From: Lama glama
Taxonomy: Eukaryota
Assembly: GCA_028534125.1 (NCBI GenBank)
Contig: CM052851.1
Span: forward strand, 15,066,001 to 15,130,000
Direction of reading: 5' to 3'
DNA: 64,000 nt
Numbering within the stretch: the first letter of the stretch is position 1; every line of letters begins with the position of its first letter. Below are positions 13,506-24,659 of the stretch, in pieces. Under the pieces are notes generated by a model, which ran no database searches, was not told the DNA's origin, and was given only the letters and a program-made list of their open reading frames with translations. The position numbers and the translations under genes are program-made.

Positions 13506-13583
13506 TCAGTACTTGGGGACCTCGCTGTAGTCTTCAGAATGGATGTGCCGGCACAGAGACATGGACAGGAGCATCCCCAGGAG
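13506..13583 (-). CDS. CD82: CD82 coding exon 8 (LLGMLLSMSLCRHIHSEDYSEVPKY*), followed by 3'UTR
   Basis: Acceptor tctccctccacag, TGA at 13508-13506, YxxPhi motif YSEV. Not shown in the ORF track; translated by hand. Confidence 0.96.
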   Translation of the reverse strand, partial: LLGMLLSMSLCRHIHSEDYSEVPKY

Positions 13584-13882
13584 CTGTGGAGGGAGACGGC
13601 CAGAGTCAGGGGCAGGCAGAGCTGCCCAGGTCTCCAGAGACCTCAGGGCAGCATCCCGCTGTCCAGGTCCACACACGGGGCCTGATGTGGGCTATGGGGA
13701 TCCTTAACTAGACCCCCAGGGTCAGCCTGTGATCCAGGTGGCAGGCAGGGCCAGTGGTCAGGCCGGGTTTGCTGCAGGGCCTCTAGAAGCAGATGGGCTT
13801 CAACCCACCCTCCCCCTAGGACATCTGCAGAGTGGGGACATGCAGGGGATGGCGTGGGGATGGCTGGGGAAGGGACCCAGAC

Positions 13883-13966
13883 CTCAATGACAGCGACGCC
13901 CACACACACGCCTAGGATGATGCCCAGGTTCTCCTGCAGCCACGCCTGCACCTTCTTCATGCAGCC
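13883..13966 (-). CDS. CD82: CD82 coding exon 7 (GCMKKVQAWLQENLGIILGVCVGVAVIE), 84 nt
   Basis: Acceptor ttctcccttcctag, donor GAG|gtctgg. Encodes the last EC2 Cys and most of TM4. Confidence 0.96.
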
Positions 13967-14259
13967 CTAGGAAGGGAGAACACAGCCACGTCACCCCACC
14001 ATGTGCCGCCTCCCCCCACCAGGCAGCATCGCCAGGAGGGCTCACGCCCCGGCCAGGGAACACTGCCTGTTCCCTGAATGGATACATTCATGAATACAGA
14101 GATGAAGGTACAAATGACAAGCGAACAAATGAATCAAAGGCAGGAACAGCTCAATGACGAAAGGAAAGATGGCACAATAGCCCAGGTGAGCCAAAGGAGA
14201 CCGAGCGTCTGAACCCGCCGCACCCCCAGCCCAGCCCCGGCCCACAACCTTCCACACAC

Positions 14260-14472
14260 CTCGTGGTAGACGGGCCAGAACTCTGGGCTGTTGACTCCGG
14301 GCTGGGTCGTGTTGCTGTCGGGGATCTGGCAGAAGCCCTTCCTCAGCTGGAGCCTGTGGTCATCCTCCTCTCTCTCGATCTCGCAGGAACAGGGGTAGGT
14401 GATGTTGGTGTGATTCATAAGCTCGGCGTTTTCTGTCCAGTTGTAGAAGCTGACCCAGCCGCAGCACCTCAC
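14260..14472 (-). CDS. CD82: CD82 coding exon 6 (VRCCGWVSFYNWT...YPCSC...KGFC...WPVYHE), 213 nt, EC2 variable region
   Basis: Acceptor ccccctctctgcccag, donor GAG|gtgtgt. Contains the CCG and PCSC motifs. Confidence 0.97.
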
Positions 14473-15113
14473 CTGGGCAGAGAGGGGGACAGGCCGTTCG
14501 AGCCCCCTGCCCACTCCAGCTGGGGCCTCTCTGGACAGAACCTCAGATCTACCCCTTCCAGGCCCTCCTGGTCTCAGCCAAACCATCAGGATTAGAGTTT
14601 AGGTTTCACTTTGGCTTTTGTGAACCACAAGGAATTTAAAGGGGCGCTCAGGGAACACCTACCATAAACTCAGGGAAACCTACCTACAGCAGGAAACAGA
14701 AATCAGGAGCAGCGAAAACACAGAGTGGAGCAGGAGAGATGTTCAAGTTGAAAGGCAGAACGTAGGTGTGTGGGTCACAAGGAGAGCTGATGGCATACGG
14801 CTAAGAGTGTGGGGGCTGGAGTCGGCCTACGGAGTTCAAATCCACTTCTGCCACCTAGCAGCTGCTCAGCTTTGGTCAGAGTGCTGACCTCAGCTTCCTC
14901 CTCTGCAAAATGGGGTGGGGGAGGAGGCGCAAAACTTCCTAACTCAAAGGAGTGTTCCTTATGAGGACTGAAAGGGACGAGGCGGGCAAAGCGTCCAGCC
15001 CAGGCCTGGAGAGCTCAGTCACGGCTCAGGGAAGGCCAGTTCCACTTTCAGGCGCTGAGCACATGCAGGTGCTGAGGTTTGGCTCTGAGCTTCCTGATTG
15101 CCAAAGTGAAAAG

Positions 15114-15213
15114 NNNNNNNNNNNNNNNNNNNNNNNNNNNNNNNNNNNNNNNNNNNNNNNNNNNNNNNNNNNNNNNNNNNNNNNNNNNNNNNNNNNNNNN
15201 NNNNNNNNNNNNN
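15114..15213. other. Assembly gap (100 N)
   Basis: Run of N; a round 100 usually marks a gap of unknown size. Confidence 0.99.
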
Positions 15214-16209
15214 TCCTCTCCAGCTGAAAGGCTGGCACCTCTGAGGGACAGCCACAGGCCTTTCCACATCCAAGCAAAATGAGGCAGCTTTCCTTGGCCC
15301 TTCGACTGCACTAAGCAGAGCCCTCCTCTCCAGGGCTCCGTGCACAGAGGCCTCCTGCATCTCAGTGGTTGTGCTTGATGGTTACACATCACTGCCGACA
15401 CGCCACCTGACAAATGCCTTGAGCTTTATAAACTCATCTCACTTGAGCATGGATCAATAGCTCCATTTTATAGATGAGGAAACTGAGGCTCCGAGACGGT
15501 CTGGCCAGGAAGTAGCCAAGATCGTATTCCAGCTTTTGGGAACCTGACTTGCTGTCTGTTTTCTTACCACCATCCCAAGCAGCATCTGACCGACATCAAA
15601 TCACCTAGAGGCCCTGCCTGCTGTGGGCATCCCCGGTCGGTCCACCACCTCCCGTGGCAGGGCGCTCACCACCTCTCCCCCAGGCTCCGTGAAGAGTGAT
15701 ACTTGTTCATCTTGGGACATCCTGCTCCCTCTAATCTCAGCAAACGGTCTCAGCAGTTACGGATCAAACCAAAGGTGGGATGAAAACATCTTCCTGTGCA
15801 CACTGAGCCCCCGGCTGACACAGACCCCTATGTCATCAAAAATCTGCATGGCCCGTGGGCCAGAAAATATCACCCTCTCCTTTCACAGCTCAGAGAACGG
15901 GCGTGCCCATGTTGCCTGGACAGAGACCCATCTCTAGTCTCCACACTCTCCTGGTGTCAGGCTTTCTCCTGCTGTCCCGCCCCTGCCCCTCACACCCCAA
16001 GGCAGCCGTCAGTCAGTGCCAGCAGCTCCTAAGTGACCTCTGTGTCCAGTACCTCCTGAGACAGAGGAGGAGGCTGCAGCCCAGAGAGGGTGGGTCCTGA
16101 CCAAGGGCACACAACATCTGGGACCACCAGCGGGGCAGCTGAGACCTGCTCACTGAGGGCGATTGGTGTGTGTGGTGACTGGTTCACCATCAAGGCAGGC
16201 TGGGAACCT

Positions 16210-16233
16210 AGTCAGTCAGTCAGTCAGTCAGTC
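16210..16233. repeat. (AGTC)6 microsatellite
   Basis: Seen directly. Confidence 0.9.
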
Positions 16234-16752
16234 TCTCTCACTTTGAGGTGGAACACACCTGCACCAAAGTGTACCAACTCAGCTTGAAGAACTTTTCCAT
16301 ACGAACTGGCATAACCACCACCTGGATCAAGATTTGAATAGAGCATGCTTCTCACTCCAGAAGTTTCCCACGGCACCTCCTGAGGGGTCGCCTCCATTCA
16401 TACCTGTGTCAGCCTATCAGCTTCGGCACCCAATTTCCTAACCTCTGGGCTGGAGCTCCCAGCACACCCCAGCCCGACTTAAGATGGAGGGTCCAGAGCT
16501 GCCCCTTCTCTCTAGCCACAGGTGGGAGCACTGCAAGCCGTGGAGCCACCTCCAGGACCCTGGGACCCTTGAGCGAGGAACTGTGGTGGCCGAGGTGCCA
16601 GGTGGGGGGCTGCTTAGGACCCCCCCACCCCCAACAGACGCACAGTCACACACAAGCCCGCTAACAGATTGTGTCTGCCAGGCACAGCCAGGCACACAGA
16701 TGACCAGCCCCACACAGACACACAGAGGCCAGTCCCCCTGCGTCCCACTCAC

Positions 16753-16854
16753 CTGCGCCTGCACGTAGTCCCAGGCCTCCTGCAAGCTGTCCTCGTGGTT
16801 GTCCTTGTAGTTCTGAATGAGCTGGGTCACGATGCCGCCCATCTCCTGCTTCAG
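16753..16854 (-). CDS. CD82: CD82 coding exon 5 (LKQEMGGIVTQLIQNYKDNHEDSLQEAWDYVQAQ), 102 nt, EC2 helices A and B
   Basis: Acceptor ctctcccctctgcag, donor CAG|gtgagt. Confidence 0.97.
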
Positions 16855-17089
16855 CTGCAGAGGGGAGAGCGTGGGGCAGAGTCAGACTCCTGAAACCCGT
16901 GCCCCACCTCCGGTCGCATCCGCTTAGACCGCCTCTTCCCCAACTCCTCCAAACACTGGCAACAAGCTCATGGCTCAAGTGTTTCATCACCCATCCAACC
17001 ACTTTCCTGCCACCTCCTGGGTGCCAGTGTCCCCCTGGTCACCCAGCACAGTCAGGGCCAACCACCCCTGCCTGACCGTCGCTTCAGCA

Positions 17090-17600
17090 TTCAGCAGAAC
17101 ATGGCCCTTTAAACGTGAATCTCTCCATATCACTGCCGAAAACCGGGCAGTGGCCTCCCACCACTCTCAGGAGAAACACCACTGTCTTCTCAATGGCCCA
17201 TAAGGCCCTCCAACATTTGGCCCTGTTCTTTTTAGACCTCGTTTCCTCTGTTCTCACTCCCTCTATTTCAATTACAGATCTTGCTGTCTTTGTGCCAAGC
17301 ACACCCCTGCCTCAGGGCCTTTGCGCTTGTCTCCTCCGCCTGGAATCCTCTTCCCCAAATATTAACATGGCTCACTCCTCCACTTCCTTCAGGATGCTAC
17401 TCAAATGGCACCTCCTCTGAAAGGCCTTCCTGGACCACTCTACAAAATACCAGTCCTTCTCTGTCACCTCCCAGGCCCTCCTTATCCTATGGGGGTAAGC
17501 ATGATTTTTTTTTCTATAGCCTCATCATTACGTGCCTATCTGTTTCCAGGATTTATGATCTCTTTTCTCCACTGGAACATCAACTCCGAGGGGGCAGGGA
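17090..17600 (+). mobile_element. L2 LINE 3' region
   Basis: cctgcctcagggcctttgc...ctggaatcctcttcccc...ctcaaatggcacctcctctgaaaggccttcc, hallmark L2 motifs. Confidence 0.75.
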
Positions 17601-17861
17601 CTATCTGGCCCAGCCTGGGCAGAGTAGGGGTGTGGCAGGTGCGAATAACATGAGCATAACCCTGCCATCTCCCCCACACCATGGCAGCACCTCTCCCAGT
17701 TAATCCTCATGCTGGACCCAGGGCCCCGCTAAGTTCACTGCCCACCTGTGCTGGCCCCCACCAGGCTCGGAAACTCATGGCCAATGTTGAAGGAAGCGAG
17801 AAACACCTGCTTTTCACTAACCCCGCAGAGAAAACACTCATTTACAGAGAAGGCAGACGAT

Positions 17862-17950
17862 GGCAGGGGGTTAGCTCAGTGGTAGAGCCCATGCTTAGCA
17901 TATGCACAAGGTCCTGGGTTCAATCCCCAGTACTTTCACTTTAAAAAAAA
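17862..17950 (+). mobile_element. tRNA-Ala-derived SINE, camelid Vic-1-like
   Basis: A box TAGCTCAGTGG (17872-17882), B box GGTTCAATCC (17917-17926), A tail, and TSD agaaggcagacga (17848-17860) / agaaggctagacga (17950-17963). Confidence 0.85.
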
Positions 17951-18659
17951 GAAGGCTAGACGAGGGATGCAGGGATCAAAAGGATTCATCCCCCAAGGAC
18001 TCTTATTGGGGCTCTGAACAGAGGAGCTCACTGTGGCAGCTTGTTAGGAACAAGTCAGCTGTGTAAAGGGAGGCAAACCAAAACTAGCCTAAGAGCTGAA
18101 GACAGGGCTTCCTTTGGCCCAGATGCCAGGCCCCAGCCCCCCAGTCCTGGCCCCAGCCTGGCCCCACCTGGCCCCATCTGTGGACCTTGCTCAGGGGCCT
18201 CTCCGGGCACACCAGCTGGTCATGATCAACTGCTGTCCCTGCAGAACCCAAGAGCAAGGGGCCAGCAGGTGCCAGGGTTGCATCGGCACCAAGCGGAGCC
18301 CCACACCTGCCTCTCAGTTCCTGAAAGAGGAATTGGAGGGCTGGGACAGGTACTTCCAGGCAGGGGCCTTCAGAGCCTGGCTCAGAACCCCGTGAATGGC
18401 GCATCCACCAGCTTCCCATGGGCAGCTGTGAACCCTGGGCTCAGAGAACCAACATCCTCCAGACAGACCCATGGGCCTGGCTCCTTGCCCCACTCCCTTC
18501 ACCAACCCTAGGAACCAGCCCCTGTCCCAGGCAGCCCCATCCTCTTGGACCGCTCTCTGCCCCTCTCCCTTTCCATAAAACACTTAGCATAATACTTTTT
18601 TGGTTTTATTCACACAGAGCTCTACGGTTTACCAAGCTTTCCCCTCAGTGACTAATCAC

Positions 18660-18920
18660 AACAGCAGTAGTGGCTAACTTTGATCAGATGCTTCTTAGGC
18701 ACCAGAACAGTGCTAAGCACTTTTAATGCATGATTTCACTGTAATTCTCAGAGCAGACCTATGGCCTAGGTATTGCCCTCATTGCCTCATTACAGAGATG
18801 CAGAAAATGAGGCTCAGAGAGGTTAATTAACTTGCCCAAGGTCTCATAGCCAACATATGAAGAGCTGGGGTTTGGACCCAGGCTTGTCTGATTCCAGAAC
18901 CCAAGTTTTTACCCATTAAG
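18660..18920 (-). mobile_element. Near full-length MIR
   Basis: gtgctaagcactttt...tgaggctcagagaggttaattaacttgcccaaggtc...ccaggcttgtctgattccagaaccc. Confidence 0.8.
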
Positions 18921-19999
18921 CTCTAAACCAGCATTTAAACCATATGGCCAGAACTTGCAGTAGGTCAGAGCAGTTTTAAGGAGGGCCCAGAGAAGCGAAG
19001 TGATTTGCCCATGTCACACAGCCAGGGCTGTCTATCTATAGAATCTGAGTCTTTCTGCCTTGACCTCTGCTCCACCTCTACTCCCTAGTGAGCTGACAAT
19101 CCCCGAGGCATAGAAAGGAGGGGGTCCCCAGAGGCATTTGCATAGAGAGCTGTCTCATCTACATCCTTCCCACCCACCCTCCCTCACCGACCTCGGCTCT
19201 ATTTATACTCAGCAATGGTTGCCACTGCAGCCCAGACTTCCCTGTTTCAGGTCCCTGAAATGAGAAGGTGATGCAAGCTGGGTGGTTTCCACTGAGGCTG
19301 GGTGGTTTCCATGGAAACACTACATCCATCCTCCTGCCCAGAATGGGGCTGAGGGACACAATTAGGCCACAGGGACCATGGCTGCAGGGGCTGGTTCAGC
19401 TTAGAGCTGATGCCTTGGCACCCCAATGCCAGGAGGCCATGTTAGGAGCCCAGGGAGGTTACCTCGGCAACCAGACAGTTCCTGAGACAAGAAGGAGCAA
19501 GGAGGGAGAGTCAGAAGATGCTCACCATCTCTTTTCATCCCTGCAGGGCCCCTCTGTGGTTTCTGCCTGCCCTACACCCATCCTCCCTTCTCCTTGAAAT
19601 GGTAGTTCCCTTCCTTGGGGATGAGCACCTTTCAGTCCCTCCGTGTGGCTGGGAAGCCCTGCCCCCTCACTGCATGAGCAGGCAAAGACCCAGGCTGCCA
19701 CTTAGTGCCTCCATACCCTGGGCACAGAGAATGGTTCAGGGATGGGTGTGAGTCCTGAGGTCACATACACTGGCCCTGTCTTTCCACTAATCTGGTGGGA
19801 TAAGGGCCTGAGCTGCTGGTGGCCACCTGAAGCTCCACTGGGGACAGCTGGCCTGAGGAGGGAGCCAACAGATGAGAGCAGGGCCAAGGATGGAGAGGTG
19901 TCCTGATGGCAGCCTTTAGGAACCTGGATCCAGCTGAGCCTGCAGCCAGTCTGTCCAGTTTCAGTTGGGTTACTGTCACTTGTAATAAAGCATCCTGCC

Positions 20000-20161
20000 C
20001 AGGACTTGCTGCATAATTTACAGCCCAGTGCAAAATGAAAATGCAGGGCTTCTTACTGTGAAATGATTAAAAATTTCAAGACATCAGACCAAGCACAAGA
20101 CCATTCTAAGTGTGGGATGGTGTGTGGCTGCTGGGGTTACACACCTAGGGAGCCAGCCCTG
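20000..20161 (-). mobile_element. MER45A-like hAT-Tip100 DNA transposon
   Basis: CAGG...CCTG termini, internal gcccagtgcaaaatgaaaatgcaggg, and 8-bp TSD atcctgcc (19992-19999) / gtcctgcc (20162-20169). Confidence 0.75.
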
Positions 20162-20429
20162 GTCCTGCCCAACACCATTCTCCCCATTTCCCAGAAGAGA
20201 AAACCAAGGCTCAGAGAGTGAGAATAACTTCCCAAGATGAGATCACCATCAAGTAGCAGAGATACGACCTTAACCTGCTATGTGCAGCTCCAGGACCCTG
20301 AGATCCTAATCACAGCAAGCCACCCACCAGCTCCACCTGACCTGAGATGCTGTCATCCTCTGGGGTGCCTCTCCTCCCCCTCAGCCCCTGCTGTGCTTTT
20401 ATTTCACCTTGTAATGTGACTTTTCTCAG

Positions 20430-20760
20430 ACAATCAGAAGTAAAAGAGACCTTTGAGTCCAGCATATCATCCAAACATAAGAATCCCTCCCATATTTTTC
20501 CAGGCTCTGCTTAAATGCTCCCTGTGACAGGGAACTCAGTAACACACAAAACAGCATACTGCAGGATTGGGGAGGCTCCTGATACGAGCAACTCATTTTA
20601 AGTCAAGCTCAAATGACTTCTGCCCATTAGTTTTCATCCTCCTTCTCCCACTCAAGTCCCAGCTGGAACCATACACAACAAATCAAATTGCTCTCCCCCA
20701 GAATAACGGTCATTCAGGTATTTAAGACCAAACCACATCTCCTTTCACCCCCACCTCCCC
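20430..20760. mobile_element. CR1/L3 LINE relic
   Basis: ctgcttaaatgctccctgtgacagggaactca...ttcaggtatttaagac resembles recalled L3 3' sequence; highly diverged. Confidence 0.5.
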
Positions 20761-22123
20761 AGGGGAAGTCTCCATGCTCCTTTGATGGCCCTTTGGGATA
20801 GTGTTCAGCCCTTTCTCCCTGTTCTAATGTGTCAAATTAACGCTTACAATGAGGTGTCCCCATGCAATGTAAGGGACCCACACCTTCCTGTCCTCTTCCC
20901 GGGTTCCCTCAGAAGGTGTTGCCAATGCTTTGAGACATCACCTGGGATCCTCGTAAGAAATGAGGACCCTTTGCCCTGGGGAATGTGGAGGGAGTGGCAT
21001 ATTTTTACTCTTAGTGACCCCCAGCATCTTCCTGGAAAGCCAAACTGCAATCTATACAACTGTCTACTCCAGAATTCAGCAAGGGGACCGCGTTCCCTGC
21101 CCCTGCACCCCCACACCCTCACTGGAAGCTCTCTGAGGGTGCCACCTGAGTCAGGCACTGGGGCCATGCAGGCAGCTGCTTAAGAGTTTCTGCCCACTGC
21201 TCTCCTCTGACCCTTTCCAGAAGGACAGCCTGGACACCTTCTTCCCCCTTCCAAAAGGGAAAAGAAAGGCCACCATCACCTCCCCTTGTCCTGATTCCAG
21301 CTGCCACCCCTACGGTGGCAGTGGAAACCCCCGAGCTAGTGGACCAGGAAGTCTCCATCGCAGGGAGCAGATGTCTCACAGACGGCGCTGTCCTCAAGGA
21401 AGCCGTTTCGCTACCTGTGCGCTAGGTCCTGTGTGCACTGGGTATTTGGCTATTTGGGGCGTCTTAGGTGGAAGAGGAAAGGAGGAGGAAGGAAATACAG
21501 TTCTCCTGGCCACCTCTCTGGGGAGCCACTGTCACCACCCCTACCGCTGGCTCCCACGCAGACCACAGAAGCCCTTCCTCCCCAAGCTCTCAGCCTTCGT
21601 CCTTCTGCTCAAGCCCCTGATATAACCTCTCAGAGCCCCACACGTGCAGGTTAGCGGTACAAACTGCATAAATGCACCAAATCCAGCGCCCAGCACATCG
21701 TGGGAAACAGTTATAAGTTAGTTCACTTCTTCCCCCATTGACCCCGCACCCACCCTCCACTGCCTGGAGAGAACAAGTCAGAATTCCAGAATGTCAGAGC
21801 TGGGAATGGTCCAAGTGTTCACCCAAGGCTCAGAGAGGCTGGGTAATATGTCCAAGGCCACACAGCAAGCAGCTGTGGAAACAGCCAGAGGAATCTTAAC
21901 TTCACACGTAAATCCCGGTTCCCACAGCCCGGGCTGATGCTAACATTAATACTGATGGCACAGGAACAGCTGCCATTCTCTGAGCCCTTACTAGGCATTA
22001 GTGAAGTTAATAATAGTGACAGTCATAATAAACTCTTGCGATGATGCCAGCAAACATCTGCCCTGGGCCAGGTGGACGCTATGACCACCTGTCAATGCTC
22101 TCTATCCTCCCCGCAGCACCATA

Positions 22124-22379
22124 CAGTCGCCCTTGGGGCCAATGGGTCCAGCACGGAGCAACGTTTGGATTTTAGAAAGGGCTGGGGGCTATGTGTCACC
22201 CCCACAAACTCTCCCTTTCCTATTTCCCGAGGGACACCTTAAAGAGGGTAAAACAAAGCCATAAACAGCCTCATTTCCATTCAGGTTCAATTTTGCCACC
22301 AAATGAGTTGCAAATGGTATTTTTGGTTTTCAAAGTGTTTTTTGAACTTTGGAATTGCAGATAAAGGAGAGTGGACATG
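22124..22379 (+). mobile_element. MER46C-like TcMar-Tigger transposon
   Basis: Flanked by TA on both sides. Contains ccttggggcc, ggattttagaaagg, ttttgccaccaaatgagtt and tttggaattgcagataaagga..gtggacatg. Confidence 0.7.
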
Positions 22380-23984
22380 TATGATTATTGCCATTCAACA
22401 AAAGAAGAAACTGAGGCACAGAGAGGCTGAATAACTTGCCGAGGGTCTCAGACCAGGGTTCCAGCACGGACAGTTTGGTGCTGGGGTCCAGGCCCTCGGC
22501 CGCCACTTTATTCCTTCTACCAGCATTGAAGTCTGGGCTCACTGCAGCCCTGGCTGGGGTGGGGTCCAGCCAGGTTTATTCTCCTCCAGCTACAGATGCG
22601 GAACCCATGGCTTGAGAGACCAGTGCCTTGTCCAAGGTCCCAGCTCCCCTGTTGCTGCCCTGGGAACAGTGGCTGCAAGGAGCGTAGGGCAGGAAGGACA
22701 GATGGCAGCCCTGGAGACCACTTCAGGGGGAGCCCAGGGTCGCAGTCCCTCCCACCTGCCTAGGGGGCCTGGAGAGAGGGGGAAGACTGGGCTCATCGCC
22801 TTCCAGAACTCCTTTCTCCGCCAGGCTTCCCAGATGGGCCTCATCTGCAGGAATAAACACCACCGAGGGCATGTTTAGTCTCCCACCGGGATTTACAATG
22901 TGCTGGGAAAGAAAAAATAAATCATTCATTCCAACTTGGGCGATTGAGTGGCGCCAGAACTTCCCCAGCAAAGCCAGGAAATTTCCCCCTGCTTCCAGAA
23001 AAGGGGGTGGGCCAAGGTGAGGTGGGCTGGGGCCAGGGGGCATTTGAAGCCCGGGGGTGGGGGTGAGGAAAAGGAGGGGACAATGGGGTACCATGCCGGA
23101 CACAGCCGGGACTGGAGTCAGGAGAGCCCATTGTCCAAGCAAGCCCTGCTCTCGGCCCGTGGGATGCCTCTGAGGCCTGGCTTCTGGTCGGCGCTAAGCA
23201 GATTATACCAGTTAGTGGGGAGGTGGCGTGGTATAGAGAGAGGCATGGGCCTCAGGTCAGGGGCATCTGCATAGAGAGCTCCACTCTGACGCATCTGAGC
23301 TGCGTGTGACCACGGCCAAAAGTCACTGCTTTCCTGGGCCTCAGTTTCCTAAACTCGAGATGCTTGTAAAACTGAAATGTGTGTCGAGGTGCTAGCTCAG
23401 CTCCTGGGATGCAATTGGTGCTCACAGATGGGCGCTGTCTTTATTACTGTGAGATGGAGACACACACGGGGGTGAAAAGGTGGACTGAACGACACCCCTG
23501 CAGAGTAGACCAGCTTCTGGGTTAGTCCCAGGAATCAGATCACTGGGGCCCAGTTCTTATTCACTCTCTGTAATGTACCAATGACTGGGTACCAGAGAAG
23601 TCCCAGGTGCCGTGGGGCGGAAATGAACTTATCCCACAATGCTTTCTTTAGAAAAGTAGTTTCCCTCCGTCAAACACTAGCTTTCTCTCTGGTAGCCAAG
23701 TGAACTTCCTTTCATCTACTAAAACTGCTATTTCCCCTTTTGCTTTGGCTGCCAGGAAGCTCAGTATTCAAGTTGGCTATCCGCTGTTGTATCTTACCCC
23801 CTAACCTCAGAAACAATGGTCTTCTTTCTCTCAGTGTGCATTCTGATCTCTCTCATATTGATTTTAGCTACTCTATATCCATGTTAAAAGCCAACTCCAA
23901 TTCTCCTGGGAAATAGGCTGCGTGTGGATTATAAATAAGTAAAGCAGATTCAGGTAAGAACCACTACAATGAAAATTTCATCAG

Positions 23985-24200
23985 CATGAATCTAGAAGCC
24001 AGGTCGCCTTCGTCCAGATCTTGGTCTGCCACTTACTAAGTGTGTGACCTTTGGCCGAGTTAATTAACCTCTCTGTGCCTCAGCTTCCACATCTGAAAAT
24101 GAGGGTATTCATTCATACTCATGCTCTCAAAGGCTTGCCGTGAGGAACGAATCATTAAATGCAGCATATGTGAAGCATTTAGTACCCGGCTTGTTCTAAA
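23985..24200 (+). mobile_element. MIR SINE
   Basis: tctgccacttactaagtgtgtgacctttggccgagttaattaacctctctgtgcctcag. Confidence 0.8.
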
Positions 24201-24659
24201 TTCTACTGTGTTAGTTGTTGGTGTTGGTGTAATCTTTTCTCAGCTTCCTTCTGAGAGGGATCTGCGGCAACTTGACCTGCAAGTGCTCAAATGTGGGAGC
24301 CCACCTGACTGCCAGCCCTGCCACCCCCACTGGTGGACAAGAACTGTAGCTCTGGCAAAAGGCAGGATGCTGGGGGAACTCTGAGTGGAATCAGGGAGCC
24401 TGGGCTCTGGTCTGGCCTGGCCACTGACCGCCTTGCGCCCTCAGCCCTCGTCTGTAGGATGAGAGTACTCGCACCACCTTTCTATGGTGTGGTGAGGCTC
24501 AGGGAAAGAAGAAATACACAGTGGCCAACACTGCACCCAGGACATGGTGTGTGCTGAAGCTATGCAGGAGATGGCGGGGGTTGTAAGGATGGAATAATGT
24601 GTGTAAACCTTTGAGAAAGTACCATGTGCATGTAGTAGGTGCTCCATAATGACAACTGA

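Noticed and set aside
17862-17935. Possible tRNA-Ala gene
   Set aside because: The acceptor stem does not pair well, the anticodon arm has an insertion, and the A tail and TSDs mark a retroposed SINE.
22459-22476. REST/RE1-like sequence ttccagcacggacag
   Set aside because: The half-sites overlap with the wrong spacing, the right half is incomplete, and it lies in a MIR relic.
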